Source of the DNA: an uncultured Bacilli bacterium
GTDB taxonomy: Bacteria > Bacillota_I > Bacilli_A > RF39 > UBA660
DNA: 64,000 nt
Direction of reading: 5' to 3'
Assembly (NCBI GenBank): GCA_934162125.1
Contig: CAKPHU010000005.1
Coordinates: 64,528 to 128,527 of the forward strand
Position 1 is the stretch's first letter, and every line of letters begins with the position of its first letter. Below the pieces are notes generated by a model, which was not told the origin of the DNA, made no database searches, and was given only the letters and a program-made list of their open reading frames with translations. Below, piece after piece: positions 28,746 through 37,875 of this stretch. A program made the translations under genes and the position numbers.

Positions 28746-29588
28746 TTATTTACCGCCTTGTACTTCATATGAGTCCGTTACTACAAAGAAGGCATGTTCA
28801 TCTATTAATTTTATACCTTCAGTAACTTGATAATATTCTCTTGTTGGGACTACGGTTAAAATAACTTTGTTTCTCTTAGATAGATAGCCACCTTTAGTTT
28901 CAAAAACAGTAGTACTATGTCCTAGTGTACGAATAATGTAGTCTTTAATTGCTTCATCTTCAGAACTAATTATGTAGAATGCTTTATTGTTAGAAGTTCC
29001 TAAAAGGACTTTATTAATCAAAAGACTATTTAGATAAATTATTATTCCAGCGTACATAACATTAGTCCATCCAAAGAAAAGACCACCAATTATTACAACA
29101 AGAAAGTTCATAACACCACTAGTTTTAGCAATAGGAACTTTATAGTACTTTTCAAATATTTGACTAATTACAGCAAGTCCTCCACTACTATAACCTGTTT
29201 TATACATAATACCATTTGCGATACCACTAAGGATACCAGCAAATAGAACAATAATCATAATGTCATTGTCTCCAGTTTGAATAATATCATTTAAAGGAGA
29301 AGTTAATTCAACAAATAATGGATATAGTAAAGCTCCAATCGAAGACATAATTGTTTTTTCAACACCTAAGTAAACAAGACTTAAGATAGCACAAGCAATA
29401 GCAATGATTAAAATCATGACTGCTGGATCAATACCATAAACATGGTTAGTGATAGTGGCAATTCCGCCAGAACCACCTGTTACTAAGCTTAGTGGAAATA
29501 GAAAAATATTATATATTACAGCACTCATAAAAAGGCCAACAATTAATAGTGCGATATTGCGTAGTTTTCTTTCAGTGAGTTTTTTCAT
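28746..29588 (-). CDS. YitT family membrane protein (DUF161/DUF2179)
   Basis: 280 aa. Polytopic N-domain plus a C-terminal DUF2179-like soluble domain. Paralogous to the adjacent gene. Confidence 0.75.
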   Translation of the reverse strand: MKKLTERKLRNIALLIVGLFMSAVIYNIFLFPLSLVTGGSGGIATITNHVYGIDPAVMILIIAIACAILSLVYLGVEKTIMSSIGALLYPLFVELTSPLNDIIQTGDNDIMIIVLFAGILSGIANGIMYKTGYSSGGLAVISQIFEKYYKVPIAKTSGVMNFLVVIIGGLFFGWTNVMYAGIIIYLNSLLINKVLLGTSNNKAFYIISSEDEAIKDYIIRTLGHSTTVFETKGGYLSKRNKVILTVVPTREYYQVTEGIKLIDEHAFFVVTDSYEVQGGK

Positions 29589-30470
29589 CTATTCACCTCC
29601 AAAAACTTCATAAGCGTCAGTTACAACGAAGAAGGCTTCTGGATCAATATCTGAAATACCTTCTTTTAGTCGATAATAATCTTTGGTAGGTAAAACACAC
29701 ATTAGAACAGTTTGTTTTTCTTTAGCAAAACCTCCACGAGCATTAAATTCTGTTACACCATGGTTTAATTCTTCCAAAATAAATTTCTTAATAGCTTTTT
29801 CTTCATCTGTTACGATATAAAATGCTTTACTATCAGATACACCTAGAATTACACGATCTGAGATATAACTAACAATGTATAAAACAACAATTGCGTACAT
29901 TATTTTAGTTATACCGAAGACAAACCCTGATGTTAGAACAATAACACCATCAGTGAAAAGCATACTTTTGCCCATACCCTTTTTAGCAAACTTACTAATT
30001 ATCTGGGTTAAGATATCTGTTCCGCCAGTAGTATAACCAGCTTTATAAATCATACCTGCACCAAAACCAAAAGTCACACCACCAAAAATAGCTGTTAATA
30101 AAAGTTGGCTGTTATCAAAGACGATTAAGTCTGTGATGTTGGCAGTTAAACGAACTAGTAATGGGTATAATAATGAGCCTAAAATCGTGGCTTGGGTTTT
30201 TTCTTTGCCTAGAAAGAAGTAACTTACAATAAGAAGTAAGACATTTCCAACAAAGATAATCATAGAATTATCCCAACCAAATAACTGATGAAGGATAATA
30301 GCTGCTCCGCCGACTCCGTTAGCTACCAAATTATTAGGAGCTAGAAACAGATTGTAGGATAAAGCAACTATCAAACAGCCAACAAAGAAACTTATAAATC
30401 TTTTAAGACGTGATTTGTGCTTTATTTGATCTAAAATCCTAAAATTTTTAGTTTGTGAAATAATATGCAT
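29589..30470 (-). CDS. YitT family membrane protein (second tandem paralog)
   Basis: 293 aa with the same architecture. Shares blocks such as AGY(T/S)(T/S)GG and FFVVTD.YEV.GG with the neighbouring gene. Confidence 0.75.
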   Translation of the reverse strand: MHIISQTKNFRILDQIKHKSRLKRFISFFVGCLIVALSYNLFLAPNNLVANGVGGAAIILHQLFGWDNSMIIFVGNVLLLIVSYFFLGKEKTQATILGSLLYPLLVRLTANITDLIVFDNSQLLLTAIFGGVTFGFGAGMIYKAGYTTGGTDILTQIISKFAKKGMGKSMLFTDGVIVLTSGFVFGITKIMYAIVVLYIVSYISDRVILGVSDSKAFYIVTDEEKAIKKFILEELNHGVTEFNARGGFAKEKQTVLMCVLPTKDYYRLKEGISDIDPEAFFVVTDAYEVFGGE

Positions 30471-31568
30471 TATAATCCCCTCTTTAAACTCGCTTCTATA
30501 AATAAGTCTAGATTTCCATCTAATACTTTATCAACATTACTTGTTTCAACATTAGTTCTATGATCTTTGATTAAAGAATATGGATGAAGAACATAACTAC
30601 GTATTTGAGAACCAAATTCAATATTTTTTTGTTCTCCTTTTAGCTGACTTAACTCTCTATTTTGTTCTTCTATTTTTAACATTAAGAGTTTATTTTTTAA
30701 AACTCTAAGAGCTTCTTCCTTATTTTGAATTTGACTACGTTCATTTTGACAAGTTACTACTATTTTAGTTGGTAAGTGTGTAATTCTTACAGCTGAGTCG
30801 GTAGTATTAACGCTTTGTCCACCAGCACCTGATGAATGATAAACATCTATTTTCAAATCTTTTTCATCAATTACTATACTGTTGTCTTGTTCTATTTCTG
30901 GTGTTACATCAACAGAAGCAAAGGAAGTGTGACGCCTGTTATTGGAATCGAACGGAGAAAGACGAACAAGTCTATGAACTCCTTTTTCATTTTTTAAGTA
31001 GCCATAAGCATTAGATCCACATATCATAATTGATACACTTTTAATGCCAGCTTCATCACCATCTTGATAGTCAAGTACTTTTATTTTATAACCTTTTTTC
31101 TCACACCATCTTGTATACATACGATAAAGCATTAGAGCCCAATCACAAGATTCTGTACCACCTGCTCCTGGATGAATGTCTAAGATACAATTATTATGGT
31201 CATATGGTCCATTTAATAAAACTAAAAGACTTAATTTTTCTACTTTGCCTGGTAGTTCTTCAGTAAAATCAATAATTTGATTGTAGACATGTTCATCCAT
31301 TTCTATTGTTAATAATTCTAATAAGTCAATATTTTCATTAATAGTGTTTTTTAAATTTTCAACATTTTCGATCAGTTCTTTTTTTTCATTTATTTCTTTA
31401 ATAATTTCTTCAGCTTTATTACGGTCATCCCAAAAATTAGGAGCCTTAGTTTTTTCTTGTAAGTCTTCTAATTCTTTCTTTTTACTGTCGATGTCAAAGT
31501 GACCTCCATAAATCTGTTACTTTATCTAAATTTTCTTTTAAAGTACGTTCAAGTTCTTTTATATCCAT
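30470..31568 (-). CDS. prfB: Peptide chain release factor 2, with a programmed +1 ribosomal frameshift
   Basis: Frame 0 reads MDIKELERTLKENLDKVTDLWRSL then CTT TGA C, preceded by a GGAGG SD-like element. This is the classic RF2 autoregulatory site, at plus coords 31493-31499. The +1 frame continues DIDSKKKELEDL... into the 276-aa ORF that carries the GGQ motif. Confidence 0.85.
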
Positions 31569-31605
31569 AAAAACACCTCTCTTATAGATTGGCTATTATT
31601 AATAT

Positions 31606-31634
31606 TTTTTATGTTATAATAATAGCATACTTTT
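31606..31634 (-). promoter_or_regulatory. Candidate sigma-A promoter for prfB (TTGAAA, 17 nt spacer, TATTAT)
   Basis: Read on the minus strand upstream of the prfB ATG. Read by eye only. Confidence 0.3.
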
Positions 31635-31756
31635 GTCTTTTCAACAACTTAATATTTTGTGAATATTTGTTGTCATTTTGCATATATTATTAGTGAGGAA
31701 GGTTCACTATTACGTGTGAAGATCCTCTGTAAATAGATAGAGAGAACATTCTCTCA

Positions 31757-31786
31757 TGAAAAAGAGATATCTAAAAAATATCTCTT
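31757..31786 (-). terminator. Rho-independent terminator hairpin (AAGAGATAT-ctaaaaa-ATATCTCTT) downstream of the small membrane protein gene
   Basis: 9-bp perfect stem followed by a U-run on the minus strand. Lies between the 31787-32116 gene and the prfB promoter. Confidence 0.45.
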
Positions 31787-32116
31787 TTAATTTTCGTTTT
31801 TTAATGACTGAGCTCTTAATTTAATTATTTTAGCAACAATAAGTCCAAATATTGTGATTAAAATAGCAACAATATACATATTTCTAATATAGGAATCTGT
31901 TGCTTGATTAGACAATAAAAAAACTTTTATTGACATTATGACAATAATTAGAGCACTTATAGAAAAGGTAAAGTATTTGGTTAATTTACTAATAAACAAT
32001 AATAGTTCTTGCTTTTCTGTACTCTTAGTAAATTTTTGCCAACTTTTTTTATATTTACTTTGATGATTATTGTTTTTCTTTTTGGTGTCCCTTCCCATAT
32101 TCTTTTTTTCCTCCAT
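31787..32116 (-). CDS. Small basic membrane protein, hypothetical
   Basis: 109 aa. Lys-rich N-terminus, one or two TM helices. Followed by a terminator. Confidence 0.4.
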   Translation of the reverse strand: MEEKKNMGRDTKKKNNNHQSKYKKSWQKFTKSTEKQELLLFISKLTKYFTFSISALIIVIMSIKVFLLSNQATDSYIRNMYIVAILITIFGLIVAKIIKLRAQSLKNEN

Positions 32117-32159
32117 GAGTATTATATCATGAGAAATAAAAAGAGTAAAACATTTCGTC

Positions 32160-33659
32160 TTACTCTTCTGAGTAGCAAGAATCTAAGGCTTCTTCAAGTT
32201 CAGCTATTCTTTCATCTTTTTCTTTTATTGTTAGTTCGTAATTACTTAGAAGATTTTCATAATAAAGATTTCGTTCGTCCTCTAAAATTTTTCCGTAGTT
32301 GGCTTTTAGTTTGGCTATGTTTTCAGCCGTTGTGTAGATTTTAATTTCTTGATTACTGTAATCAACTATTTTCTTATTATTTATATCTTTAATAATTGTA
32401 TTTATAGCTTGAAACGGATTATCTTTACCTTGAACATTTATATATAGATAGTTATCAATTATATCTATTTTAGTGTCATAAACTTTAGAATGGGATGTAA
32501 CTATTCTAAGATCATTATCAGTAGATGGTTCTAGATAATTGATGTAACGATGATCTAGAACTAAGTCTTCTTGCATTGGAATTGTTTTTTCTTCAGTAAT
32601 ATAGTCACTATTTTCAATACTATTAACCATTTTGTAATTTGGTAAGTCAACAAAGACTAAACCTGTACCAACTCCAAAAGATAAAAGACTTATTAGGAAG
32701 ATTTTGCCATATAAAGTAGTATTTATTTTATGATTGGTTACAAAATTAAATATTATCAGAAGTAAAACAATGTTGACAGCTAAACAGCTAGCAATACTTA
32801 CAAATAGTCCAAGGAATGTTAAGGTTGTTTTGATAACTAAGAGAGACAATATTAGGAAGATAACCATTGATATCAAAGTAAAACATAAGAACGCTGCTAA
32901 AAAGATAGCAAAGGCTTTAACAACGCCGATAAAGAATTTAAGTAAACCATTAATAAATTTATATCCAGTGTGTTCAGGATCTCTTATAATGACTTTAGTA
33001 GTTCCTTTATAAATGGTATTGGTGTTAGTGTTATTTGAAGAATCTTTTTCAGATGGGGTTTTTGCACTATCTTCTTTTACTTCTTCTTTGATTGGTGGTG
33101 CTTCTTTAACTATTTCAAAATAGTCTAAGTATCTAGTTTTAAATGTATAAAATAAAACGATGATACTGATTGTTACACAGGCAAAAGTATAGATGCCACT
33201 GCTTATTAGATAAATTGGTCTGTAAACAGTAAAATGAAATGGACTTAATAAGCCATATAAAACACTAGAAATAGCTTTTCCAAAAATATACAATAAGATA
33301 TTAAGAACAACTAATATTACGGCTTCTTCAAAAATACATTTTATTTTCTCTTTAAATTTTAAGCTACCGAATAAATCTATTGTTTTAGTTAAATACATTA
33401 AGAAGTCATCAATAAACTTATTAATGTTATTCTTTCCTTGTTTAGTATTATTTATCTCTTTTACATCTTGATGCATTAGTTCATCTAAAGTTAAATTAAA
33501 TAGCTCACATATTTGTAATACTTTATCCATTTCTGGATAAGCTTGATTTGATTCCCATTTGGAAACTGACTGTCTAGAAACATTTAGTTTATCAGCTAGA
33601 GCTTCTTGTGATAAGTTATGTTCTTTTCTTAATTTCTTAAGATTGTCTGCTAAATTCAT
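32160..33659 (-). CDS. Membrane-tethered XRE-family transcriptional regulator (N-terminal HTH, multi-TM region, extracytoplasmic C-terminal domain)
   Basis: N-terminal LRKEHNLSQEALADKLNVSRQSVSKWESNQ (HTH_XRE), then at least 5 TM helices and a roughly 180-aa C-terminal soluble region ending in a coiled coil. Confidence 0.6.
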   Translation of the reverse strand: MNLADNLKKLRKEHNLSQEALADKLNVSRQSVSKWESNQAYPEMDKVLQICELFNLTLDELMHQDVKEINNTKQGKNNINKFIDDFLMYLTKTIDLFGSLKFKEKIKCIFEEAVILVVLNILLYIFGKAISSVLYGLLSPFHFTVYRPIYLISSGIYTFACVTISIIVLFYTFKTRYLDYFEIVKEAPPIKEEVKEDSAKTPSEKDSSNNTNTNTIYKGTTKVIIRDPEHTGYKFINGLLKFFIGVVKAFAIFLAAFLCFTLISMVIFLILSLLVIKTTLTFLGLFVSIASCLAVNIVLLLIIFNFVTNHKINTTLYGKIFLISLLSFGVGTGLVFVDLPNYKMVNSIENSDYITEEKTIPMQEDLVLDHRYINYLEPSTDNDLRIVTSHSKVYDTKIDIIDNYLYINVQGKDNPFQAINTIIKDINNKKIVDYSNQEIKIYTTAENIAKLKANYGKILEDERNLYYENLLSNYELTIKEKDERIAELEEALDSCYSEE

Positions 33660-33763
33660 ATTTTTCTCTCCTTTTCACTAAACATTGTAGACTTTCTACC
33701 AGTTGCATTCTACCAATTCTTAGTTGTTTTTTGTCAATTGATGGTTGCAAAAGATTTTTTCTA

Positions 33764-34126
33764 TCATATTATTGGTGTTTCAATAAACGATTTTTGCTTT
33801 TTTTGAAAATATAAAAGACATATTCCACCAACAATAAAGAGAATGCTACCTAGTAGTTTTATTTGATATAATTCTTTCTTTTCTTCTGATACTTTTTGAT
33901 AGGCCTTATAATTTCTGTACACAAAATAGAGATAAATTATTATGCTGATTGTAATACTTATTTCGAAAATTTTATTAGCTTGTTCTTTTTCGTGATAGTC
34001 ATGTTCTATTATATACTTTTTCTCATGTTTGTCACCTGAAATATTTAAAATAGCGACCACTATAAAGACTAGGCAAATAAAATCTTCGAAGTTTAATTCT
34101 TTTAAAATTTTTTCATAATCATTCAT
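33764..34126 (-). CDS. Small membrane protein, hypothetical
   Basis: 120 aa with 3 predicted TM helices. Confidence 0.35.
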   Translation of the reverse strand: MNDYEKILKELNFEDFICLVFIVVAILNISGDKHEKKYIIEHDYHEKEQANKIFEISITISIIIYLYFVYRNYKAYQKVSEEKKELYQIKLLGSILFIVGGICLLYFQKKQKSFIETPII

Positions 34127-34151
34127 AATATATTATATTTTTGATTATGAT

Positions 34152-34802
34152 TTATAAAACTTGTTCTTGAATATATTTAATGTCTTCTATTGATTTATCA
34201 ATGTTAAAGCGACCATTACCTACTGGATAGTAAATGGCATAGAATTTATAATCTTTGCCAGCTATATTTTGAACAAATTCTTTTTTACGGCAAGTAGATA
34301 CAGATATCTTTTCATTTAAAACTATTGATGAAACCTGATTACCAAATAGGATTATTACTTTAGGATTGATGATTTCAATTTCTTTTTTTAATAGTTCAAG
34401 ATATTCTTTATAAACGCTATCAGGTATTACTCTAGCATCAACTTGAGTACATTTTCCTAAGTTGGTTATAAAATATTTATGTTTTGTGACATTTTCATAA
34501 ACTTTTTTACTAAAGTCAACTGTCCAATCACTAGGTTTGTATTTTTTGATATCTTGATATATCTCTTCATCAAGTAAATTGACTTCATAAAATAAATCCC
34601 AAATGTTTTTGGTACCTATCCAAGGGGATTTAGGACCAGTCCAAGTTTTTGATGAAGCAATATTTCTACCTGTAGGGTTCATAAAAACAAAACAAATATC
34701 GGGATTTTCATTACAACCTCCATTGTATATTGAGGTTAGTTCTTCCGTTCCATACTTTTCTTGCAATTTATCATATTCTTTTTCTAAGTCTTTTAATTTC
34801 AT
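34152..34802 (-). CDS. Hypothetical protein, possibly of the uracil-DNA glycosylase-like superfamily (tentative)
   Basis: 216 aa. ICFVFMNPTG loosely resembles the UDG-superfamily motif A context. Weak call. Confidence 0.25.
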   Translation of the reverse strand: MKLKDLEKEYDKLQEKYGTEELTSIYNGGCNENPDICFVFMNPTGRNIASSKTWTGPKSPWIGTKNIWDLFYEVNLLDEEIYQDIKKYKPSDWTVDFSKKVYENVTKHKYFITNLGKCTQVDARVIPDSVYKEYLELLKKEIEIINPKVIILFGNQVSSIVLNEKISVSTCRKKEFVQNIAGKDYKFYAIYYPVGNGRFNIDKSIEDIKYIQEQVL

Positions 34803-34815
34803 GTTTTACTCCTAA

Positions 34816-35463
34816 TTAGCTTATTCGATAATGTCCTTCAATTTTATACATCTTTAATACGTCTTCCTCATAATATCTTTGATAAGGATTAGCATGATGA
34901 ATAAGGAAAGGCACCCCATCTTTATTTCTTTTATCTGATACGATTCCAATATGACTAGGAAAAATAACAATATCTCCTCCCTGCCAGTCACTAATATCAT
35001 CTAGTGACGTTGATAAGGAAATAGCATAATTATCAAAATATATTTTTAGATTTCTTACACGTCTAAAATCAATATTTTTATCAACTGTTTTAATATTATA
35101 TCTACTTCTGTTTTCTCTAATATCCTGATCAACCAATTCTTGAAGGTCATATCCAGCATCTTTTAATCCGAACGCTACTACATCAGTACAAACTCCATAA
35201 TTATCGTTAGGATATCCTGTATCATAATATTTACTTTTATATTTTGGTTTAGTGGCGATGTAGGTGCGGACATTATTTAAGATATCCGTTTGATCATCTA
35301 TTCCATCATTATCTGCATCAACACTACTTTTATAGGTTTCTATATTAAAGTCGGCATTAGTATATTTTCGATGTGGTAAGTAATTATAAACATATAAAGC
35401 ATATGTTGTACCAATTAAAATAGTTAAAAGTAAAATAATGATAATGACAGTTTTATTCTTCAT
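34816..35463 (-). CDS. Secreted or membrane-anchored hypothetical protein (possibly DUF1287-like)
   Basis: 215 aa with an N-terminal signal/anchor and conserved Cys/His residues. Family assignment uncertain. Confidence 0.3.
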   Translation of the reverse strand: MKNKTVIIIILLLTILIGTTYALYVYNYLPHRKYTNADFNIETYKSSVDADNDGIDDQTDILNNVRTYIATKPKYKSKYYDTGYPNDNYGVCTDVVAFGLKDAGYDLQELVDQDIRENRSRYNIKTVDKNIDFRRVRNLKIYFDNYAISLSTSLDDISDWQGGDIVIFPSHIGIVSDKRNKDGVPFLIHHANPYQRYYEEDVLKMYKIEGHYRIS

Positions 35464-36241
35464 TTGATTCTCCTTTAAATAAATCTACAATTACTCTAGG
35501 TATAATTTCATCTCTAACGTAATGTCTATAATCATTTTCTTCTTTACTGCGGCCACTATATAATGATTTATTTTCAACAGTACTATCAGATATACAGAAA
35601 AGGACAGCACAATTTAGTTTTAGGACATGGCAACTCTTGAAGAAAGCAGCTGTTTCCATTTCGATTGTGGCAGCACCTAATGATTTTATGTAATCAATAT
35701 GAGGAAACTGAGCAAAGATAGTGTCAAGACTATAATTTGGAGCTGATACAACGTCTTCACCAGTTATTTTTTTAATTGATTTTCTTAAGGAGTCAGTCAG
35801 ACTTCCAAAACTAGTTTCATGTACACCAAATTCATCTTTTAGGTCAGCATTTAGGTATCTTGAAGCTCCATCACCACAAATTGAATATGAAGGAATTACT
35901 AGCTGACCTATTTTCAAAGAAGTACTTAGTGCTCCAGCAGAACCAATAAATAAAACTCTTTTACATTTTGTTACTCCTAAAGCTAAAGTAGAATCCATAG
36001 TAGTTGGAGCTCCTATTGCACGTAGTTCAATAAAAGAAAAGGAAACATCATCTATTGTTATATTATATATTTTATCTGATATTTGTTCTATCTTTGTATT
36101 TTCTGACTCAAACATACTATGTGACCACCATGGGGCAATAACTACGTTTTCAAGAATGTTATCATAGCCTTTTCTTTTTTTGATATCACTTTCGCTTGTT
36201 CCATATCTGGCGTGAGCTTCTAAAAAATCAGTGTATTCCAT
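35453..36241 (-). CDS. Nucleoside phosphorylase family 1 (PNP/UDP-type; MTA/SAH nucleosidase-like)
   Basis: 262 aa. The ELRAIGAPTT...VLFIGSAGAL pattern is typical of phosphorylase family 1. Confidence 0.55.
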   Translation of the reverse strand: MEYTDFLEAHARYGTSESDIKKRKGYDNILENVVIAPWWSHSMFESENTKIEQISDKIYNITIDDVSFSFIELRAIGAPTTMDSTLALGVTKCKRVLFIGSAGALSTSLKIGQLVIPSYSICGDGASRYLNADLKDEFGVHETSFGSLTDSLRKSIKKITGEDVVSAPNYSLDTIFAQFPHIDYIKSLGAATIEMETAAFFKSCHVLKLNCAVLFCISDSTVENKSLYSGRSKEENDYRHYVRDEIIPRVIVDLFKGESNEE

Positions 36242-36313
36242 ATTAGCAATTCCTTTCTTATTTCTTTTTGTGTTATATTAATTCATATATAAGTTCTTTA
36301 TAATGATGTTAAA

Positions 36314-37132
36314 CTACATTATTTTGCTTTTTAATTGATATTTGGCGATTAAAGTCATTTCTTCAACTGTATTATTATCAACATATGTTTTTCTTTGATA
36401 ACTAAAATTATGTTTCTTCAAACACACTTCTAATACTAGTAGAAAAATGCCAATATCTATTTTATTAAAATAAGTAATTTTTTCTTCTGGCATTATTCCA
36501 CTTTTACCTGGTTTCTTATAACGGTAAACCTTAAGCTCTTTTTCTGAACTTTCTACAAACCATGGTTGACTGTTACAAGCACTAGGTGCAAATCTTACAA
36601 TGTTGGCAATTTCTAAATAATTATAATTTTGCCAGATTTCAGTTATTTCTTTTCTTTCACTCTTAAACATATTTTTTCTAAACATATCTTCTGATACTTT
36701 TTTGATAGCAATCATTATTACATAATCTAGGCCTTCATAAGTTAATTCTTGAGGCTTACTCATGCCTAGCCATAAAGTACCTATGTTTAGAGATGGTAGA
36801 TATAAATCTAGTTGTTCTCCTAAATAGCCAATATTAGTTAAATAATTATCTTTTTTCTCACTGTAAAATAGGAGACAATACTCAGCATGTCTAGGATTAG
36901 TTATTTCAGTAGCAGGTACAATCTTTACTTTTACTGTAATATCTTTTACAAGTGGGGTTAGCTGTGTAATCTTTTCATTTATTTTAGCTAGTTCTTTTTC
37001 AGTGATGTTTTCTTCAGTTTGGGGAAATTGATGAAATGATTTTCTTTTAAAAATCATTTTATACATATCGTTCAAAATTTTAACTCCTTTCATTTTAAAG
37101 ACTTTTACAATTCTATTATAACACAAAAACAA
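36314..37132 (-). CDS. Nitroreductase family protein
   Basis: FKRKSFHQF N-terminal motif and FAPSACNSQPW core. The true start is probably the internal MKGVKIL or MYKM. Confidence 0.6.
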   Translation of the reverse strand: MFLCYNRIVKVFKMKGVKILNDMYKMIFKRKSFHQFPQTEENITEKELAKINEKITQLTPLVKDITVKVKIVPATEITNPRHAEYCLLFYSEKKDNYLTNIGYLGEQLDLYLPSLNIGTLWLGMSKPQELTYEGLDYVIMIAIKKVSEDMFRKNMFKSERKEITEIWQNYNYLEIANIVRFAPSACNSQPWFVESSEKELKVYRYKKPGKSGIMPEEKITYFNKIDIGIFLLVLEVCLKKHNFSYQRKTYVDNNTVEEMTLIAKYQLKSKIM

Positions 37133-37165
37133 GCAGATTTTGTAGTCTGCTTGTTTAGTTAAGTA

Positions 37166-37330
37166 TAGTTATTTTTGTTCTTTAGCCATAGATTTTGCGA
37201 CTATATAAACACCTGTTAACATTTCACCGATTGAAAGTCCAACTAAAACTCCAGAAAAGAAATCTTTAACATCACTTCCACCAAGTGTTGAGGAGATAAG
37301 ATAGCAACAAATACCAAGAAAGATTAGTAG
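37166..37330 (-). pseudogene. Possible remnant (C-terminal 54 codons) of a small membrane-protein gene, lacking a start codon
   Basis: The reverse frame reads ILLIFLGICCYLISSTLGGSDVKDFFSGVLVGLSIGEMLTGVYIVAKSMAKEQK with a stop, preceded by an in-frame stop and no ATG/GTG/TTG with an SD. It sits in an otherwise unexplained 240-bp gap. Confidence 0.25.
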
Positions 37331-37376
37331 AATTTAGGTTGATTTCTTACTTTTTTCCACATTTGTTGTGGATATT

Positions 37377-37865
37377 TTATTTTTCATTTGTACTAATATC
37401 ATGTAGTTCATAATTAATGACTTTAGATAGTTCGCTTAAACTAGTTTCTACTTGATAACCAATTTTACCGGCACTGAAAATAATAGTAGGAAAGTTTGTT
37501 GCTGAAGAATCAATTACTGTTTTAAAGCTTTTCTTCATACCAACAGGAGAACATCCTCCATGAATGTAGCCAGTTAAATTCAATAAGTCTTTAGACTTTA
37601 ACATTTCAATATTCTTTTCTCCCACACTATTTGCAGCTTTTTTTAAATCTAATTCAGAAGAAACTGGTACTAAAAATACATAATGATTATTGGATTTTCC
37701 TGTTGTGACTAAAGTCTTAAAAACTTTATTAGGGTCTTGGTTTAAATAGCTAGCAACATCAAGCCCGCTTATTGCTTCAGAACTAGAGTAATCATAAACA
37801 TTAAAATTAATTTTTTTCTGTTCTAGAATACGCATTACATTGGTTTTTTCTTCAACTTTTTTCAT
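37377..37865 (-). CDS. ybaK: Cys-tRNA(Pro)/Cys-tRNA(Cys) deacylase YbaK (aminoacyl-tRNA trans-editing)
   Basis: 162 aa YbaK/EbsC-type sequence. Confidence 0.75.
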   Translation of the reverse strand: MKKVEEKTNVMRILEQKKINFNVYDYSSSEAISGLDVASYLNQDPNKVFKTLVTTGKSNNHYVFLVPVSSELDLKKAANSVGEKNIEMLKSKDLLNLTGYIHGGCSPVGMKKSFKTVIDSSATNFPTIIFSAGKIGYQVETSLSELSKVINYELHDISTNEK

Positions 37866-37875
37866 AAGAAGCTCC

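Noticed and set aside
30470-31300. prfB appearing as an N-terminally truncated 276-aa ORF, suggesting a pseudogene
   Set aside because: The upstream 25 codons plus the CUU UGA C slippery site reconstitute full-length RF2 through the well-known programmed +1 frameshift.
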